NCBI GenBank assembly: GCA_963820525.1
Contig: CAWGAA010000001.1
Coordinates: 1,309,299-1,373,298, forward strand
Direction of reading: 5' to 3'
Length of the DNA stretch: 64,000 nt
Source: an uncultured Spirochaetota bacterium
Lineage (GTDB): Bacteria; Spirochaetota; Spirochaetia; SZUA-6; Fen-1364
A program made the position numbers and the translations under genes. The notes below the pieces were generated by a model. The model ran no database searches. It had not been told where the DNA came from and was given only the letters and a program-made list of their open reading frames with translations. Position 1 is the first letter of the stretch, and the number at the start of each line of letters is the position of its first letter. Shown here piece by piece: positions 59,623 to 64,000 of the stretch.

Positions 59623-62600
59623 CGATATGCTTGCAGGCCTTCCTTTCGCATCATATCCATAACCGGTAGTATGCCCGTTTGGATCCGTCATTGAGGCCAC
59701 ATCGCCCCAAGCCGTATACGTCACCCTTGTGGTAATGTCTTCAGGAGTCGCCAGGGCAACAAGCGCACCGGCCTGGACTCCCAAATAGTTGTGCTTGTCT
59801 ATGCGTATCAATTGCCCCAGTGTGTCATAGGCATACACCTCGAAAGGCTTTCCGATGTTGTTGCTCGCCCCTGAGGTGAAAGATGCTTTGTAGACGGTTG
59901 CGGTGAGAGCGGAATCGTTGTATGCAATATGGGTCCATGGCGAATTGGCATGAACCACGTTCCAGGTTCCGGGGGCTAGCGGAGGCTCATCACCGGGCTT
60001 GATCGTGTCGGTGACCCTGCCTAGCTTGTCATAGCGATATTCGGTTACATATCCCCGGGCATCCTTCTCGTAGAGCTTCCAGCCGCTCCACCAGTCCGTA
60101 GCGGTCTCGCTGACAAGGCTTGTTCGGCTGCCGATGGGGTCGGCCACATTCTGGACGGTCTGCGTCGCGACGAAAAAGTCCTTCGAGGTTCTTGAGTAAT
60201 CATAATCCCAGATGGTTTTCTGGTCGGGGTTCGGGCCGGTCTTGCTCTTTACCGCACCGGCGGATAGAAGAGCCGAGTCTGTAAAGTATTCGTAATCAGA
60301 CCTTGACCAGTGATCGCCCAGCCACAAACCTTCTGATTTCTTGAGCCCAAATGAATTATACAGGAACTGCTGGGCACGTTCATCGAATCCGCCGCCCGCC
60401 TCATTGGGGCGGTAGGCATGGATCAGCGTGCCCTTGAGCAGGTCATGTGTTTCTCCATTGCTCAGTGCATCATCCGATCCCATTGAGGGCAGATTCCAAA
60501 CGGAGGGAGCTGAGGATCCGCTGTTCAGATACCACATCCATCGTTCGCATTTGTTTTCTCTGCCGTTGGCAAAGCTGTCTTCAAAAACGTAAGTCTGGTT
60601 TCCCCAAGCGTCATAGCGATAGACATTCCTGGAAGTCGTGGCAGATCCACGAGTTGTTGTTGAAGCTGTGATGTGATGATGCGTGGTGTCCCATGTATTG
60701 GAAACTGATTCGAGAAACCTCCCGGTGGCCGCATCGTATGTTGAAGAACCGGATTGGAGCGTGGAGACTTCGTTCACCGTTAATCCTTGACTGGAAAAGA
60801 CGGACTGGAGGTATGTCGCGAGGTAATCGTCCCAGCTTATGAACCGGTTTCGGCTGTGGACCACCGTCATGAAGTCTTGCACGGTTTTTAGCCGGCCATC
60901 ATTGGTCGTTGCCCTACTTACGTAGAATTGGTATTCCCTCGAAGACCATTCATAGGAGTAGCTTGTGTTCCTGATAACCCCTGTGCTGCTTGTCACCTTG
61001 ACGTTTTCAGTCGCTAAACGAAGAATGATGTCGTAGCTGAGCTTGAGGGCGGTAGGGAAGAGACCCAAAAACCAGTCGTCCGCTTCCGCCTTGAACAGCG
61101 ATAAGTCCTTGACGCCGACGCCGACATCCGTGGTTCCTATTCCGGGGGCGACGACCCTGCTGATGGCATATGGGAAATTGAGCTCGATATGTCCGCTTAA
61201 GGTCAGATCCGCTATTCCCAACAGATTGTTCATGAATCCAAGGCCGGTCAGTTCGAGCAGGAGGGCGAGGAAATTGATTTTGACGCTTCCCCCTCCTGCA
61301 ACAAGGGTTTTTCGTTCATAAAAGTAGGTGCTGATTCTGCCTACCGGATCTGTCGAGGAGTCGAGAGTCGGGAGAAAATTGAACAAGAAGGATAGGTCAC
61401 TGGAGGCGGTCCAATTGTAATTGTAGCTGGCTGTCCTTGTTTGGCCCTCAAAGCCGGAAGTCGAGATCTTGGTAATGACCGGCTTTAAAAAGATGGAAGC
61501 CGCCGGCGGCAAATTGTACTCGAAATTGACTTTTCGGCCGAAATCGTCCGTTATACTTTCAAGCAGAAGGCCGTTGTAGGTGAAGTGAAATCCCGATAAG
61601 CCGGTCTTATCCCTTATCTGGACCACACGGCCGTTTCCATCAAAAAGATAGTAGGTGCCGTCTCTTGTCCACAGCTCGCTTGCAATCGTGTTCCAGCCCG
61701 GAATTAATTTGGGAAGGAGATTCAGCGTTCCATCGCCCACACCAAGAGCTTGGCAGATTTTAGAGATTGCGGCTGAGCCGGTTATGCCGGTTGCATCTAT
61801 GTTACCCCGAACCTGCGTGGCGCGGAAATGAAAATCCTCGCCTTCATGAAACTCGAAGTCAAGAGTCCGTGAAACCGGATTCGACCAGAAGCTGCTCTGG
61901 CTTTCCATCTGGTTGATGCCGTAGTAGCCGCCGGTGGGAAGCCGAACCATCACCGTTTCATTCGTGGTTATCACGTAGGGAAGGCTCAACCGCCAGCCGA
62001 CGCCTAGGGAAAGTGCGTAATCTCCGTTATGTTTCAACATGCCGTCGACCTTTGCCTTGATTGCCCCCACCATGGTGCTTACGCCGTTGGAGACCAGCTG
62101 TCCTCCGATGAAATCACCCAGTCCGGCAAGATCCCCCAGATTGGAAAGGCCAAGGCTGATCGATGCACTCAAAGAAAGGCTCGGGCTGTCAACGGTCGCC
62201 GTGCCTGTGTCATACATCCTCTTGATGGGAAGGGTGAATCCGTTCTTTCCCTGAAGAACGAACTCCGTGACTTCCACCATCGCCGTTCCGCCCTGTGGGG
62301 ACACCGTCACCGCCCCCAAGGAGCTTTCCCCCTTGAACGGGCTATGCCCGATGTCCTTGAGCTGCTGGGGTGAGAGGTCCTGGATCATGGTGGGTTGAAC
62401 GGAAAACGCGGTGAAATGGTTTGTAAAGAAGAGGATTTTATGCTGATCTCGGTCTATCGCAGACTTTTCGATAAGAAACCATTTATTCCAAGTCGTATCG
62501 AAGTAGTAAACGCCGAGGTTCGCTTCGGGAAACCCGTTGGGAAGCCGGCTTTCATCATAATCCAGGACTACGACCACTTCTTTGGAGAACTCGGCATGCG

Positions 62601-64000
62601 AGTTTTCGCTTAAGCTCCCGTCTTGGCCCAGCGCCAGTGTGCTTAAGGAGTAGATGGGTCCGATTATGGGATAGGCTGAGGCGTCCTGCAGCCCCTGGCT
62701 TTCCACCTCCTGCACAAGGACCACCTTGTCCTCCTGCGGCAAAGCCGAAGGTGGGATGACCACCCCAAAACCCTTGTATTCTACAATCGTGGTCTCTTGG
62801 GGATTTGAGGAAACCGGTTGGACCGCCAGTCCGGAAATAGTGTCCAAGGTCTGTGTCTTGGGCCCCATGTTGGCGGCGCGGTCTTCAGCCCAAACCTCAT
62901 AGCTGTACACGTCTCCATCGGTCAAGCCCGTGTCATCCACCTGGAGAGAAGGAGTGAGATGTTCCCCGTCGGGCAAGGCCGGCGAGCGAACTATGTGATA
63001 CCGTATAACGTCCGTGTCGGAAGTCTGCCAGATCACCTCCACCAAGCCCTTGCCTGGTATGCCCTTGAGATTCTGAACGGCAGCAGGCGGAGTGGTATCG
63101 ATTTTCAATTCAATGGATTCGATGGTCGCATTCCCCGCCACATCCAGCGCTTTCACTTGCACCTGGTGAACGCCGTCTGAAAGAATTGGTAGTCTGTAGG
63201 GGCTGCTCTGGGACGTCCAGCTTCCGGCATCGATCTGTGCCTCGAAGTGATCCATTCCCGAATAGCTGTCTGTAGTTGAGAACGAGATTGTGGGCTGGTT
63301 GTTGCTCGTCCAGCCGCTGACGTTCGCCGTGATAATAAAGCGCGCGGGAGGCGTGTTGTCGATCTTAAGCGGCACACTGACTACCGACCCCGCGGTTCCC
63401 GCCTTGTTCACGGGCTGCAGCTTGAAGACAAACGCGCCTTCAACCGTCATGGGGATAGAGAGGCTGAAGGATCCCGAGGAGGCGTCGTAGCCGACGCCGT
63501 TGACGATGATTCGATCGGGATCGGGGCTGTTTACGGTTCCCTTGACGGGAACAACGCGGGAATAGAACGTGTTTGCCACGGGCTGGATCAGGCTCAGACT
63601 CGGCTTGGATCGATCTAAAAAAACCTGAAGAGTTTTCGTGACAGGCTTGATGCGGTCGTCAGCGGTAACGACGAGCGTGTTCAACCCGTCCGAAAGCGTG
63701 ATGGGCTGGCTGGTGTAGCGGAAGCCGTCAATTGTCGCCGTCTTTCCGTTAACTGTGACCTTGACCCGATTCCTGCTTATAACGGTGCCGGATACCACAT
63801 ACTTTGCAGAATTGACATAGGCAACACGGCCCTCTCCGTCTATTGTTAGAATAATGCCTTTGTCATAGCGAACGATTGTCACCGTGGCCTTCTGGATCAT
63901 GGCACCGGTTCTCACATCGTAGGCATACACGGGAATCGTGTTGATTCCATACTGTAGGCCGGCCGTGTAATGGAAGGCGCCGGAAATCACGGGAACTTCC
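59623..64000 (-). CDS. Rhs/YD-repeat polymorphic toxin, N-terminal portion (continues beyond window end). Contains Ig-like/Big domains, an SpvB-like domain, a beta-propeller region and YD repeats. Truncated by the IS.
   Basis: Ig-like repeats at the N-terminus. SpvB signature (VTVSPQGGTAMVEV...LSLGVGWRLSLPYV). YD repeats (YRYDKLGRV..., GYGYDAKGRPASIS|). Reading into the IS gives a 35-aa junk tail and a stop at 59515. Splicing out the IS and one TSD copy restores ...YDAKGRPASISYPDGAGISTVYDD... Confidence 0.8.

Overview
The window is high-GC (~65%) bacterial chromosomal DNA, with no rRNA, tRNA or CRISPR that I could recognise. At least six genes carry +/-1 frameshifts that sit in short homopolymer runs. 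This looks like indel error from a long-read or metagenome assembly, so frameshifted genes are reported as single CDS.

Gene content from start to end:
- 1-2.5 kb: sirtuin 3' end, ltaE, a PAP2 phosphatase.
- 2.7-4.8 kb: recD2.
- 4.9-10.8 kb: a sugar-catabolism neighbourhood (fucI, a long MDR dehydrogenase, a Gfo/Idh/MocA oxidoreductase, a TIM-barrel isomerase).
- 10.8-23.5 kb: truD, an AI-2E transporter, a CBS-ACT/aminotransferase pair behind a near-consensus promoter with GC-rich repeats, dsbD, ald, a CBS-type Mn pyrophosphatase, an HAD hydrolase, and a Rieske-FAD oxidoreductase.
- 23.6-30.1 kb: a complete F1Fo ATP synthase operon (atpB-E-F-H-A-G-D-C) with a short epsilon subunit.
- 30.2-37.0 kb: a LiaF-like membrane protein pair, a PPDK_N-domain protein, gdhA, an IMPase, and a RelE/Phd toxin-antitoxin pair with a palindromic operator.
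- 37.2-47.7 kb: a ~10.5-kb T2SS/type-IV-pilus-like cluster (short prepilin peptidase, secretin, GspE, GspF, one GspG-like and several minor pseudopilins with unusually long or repeat-containing leaders, K/L/M-like proteins, a TPR lipoprotein).

The most interesting part is a ~5.1-kb low-GC island at 47.7-52.9 kb. It carries a DNA methyltransferase translationally coupled to a NurA-like protein, followed by a HerA-like ATPase. I read this as a candidate methylation-linked HerA/NurA defence system that, as far as I know, has not been described.

Downstream of the island is a giant Rhs/YD-repeat polymorphic toxin. Its C-terminal domain looks like a YkuD/Tlde1-type L,D-transpeptidase, and a lipoprotein (putative immunity) follows it. 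The toxin gene is split by an IS256-family insertion sequence with an 8-9-bp target-site duplication. Its N-terminus runs off the window end.
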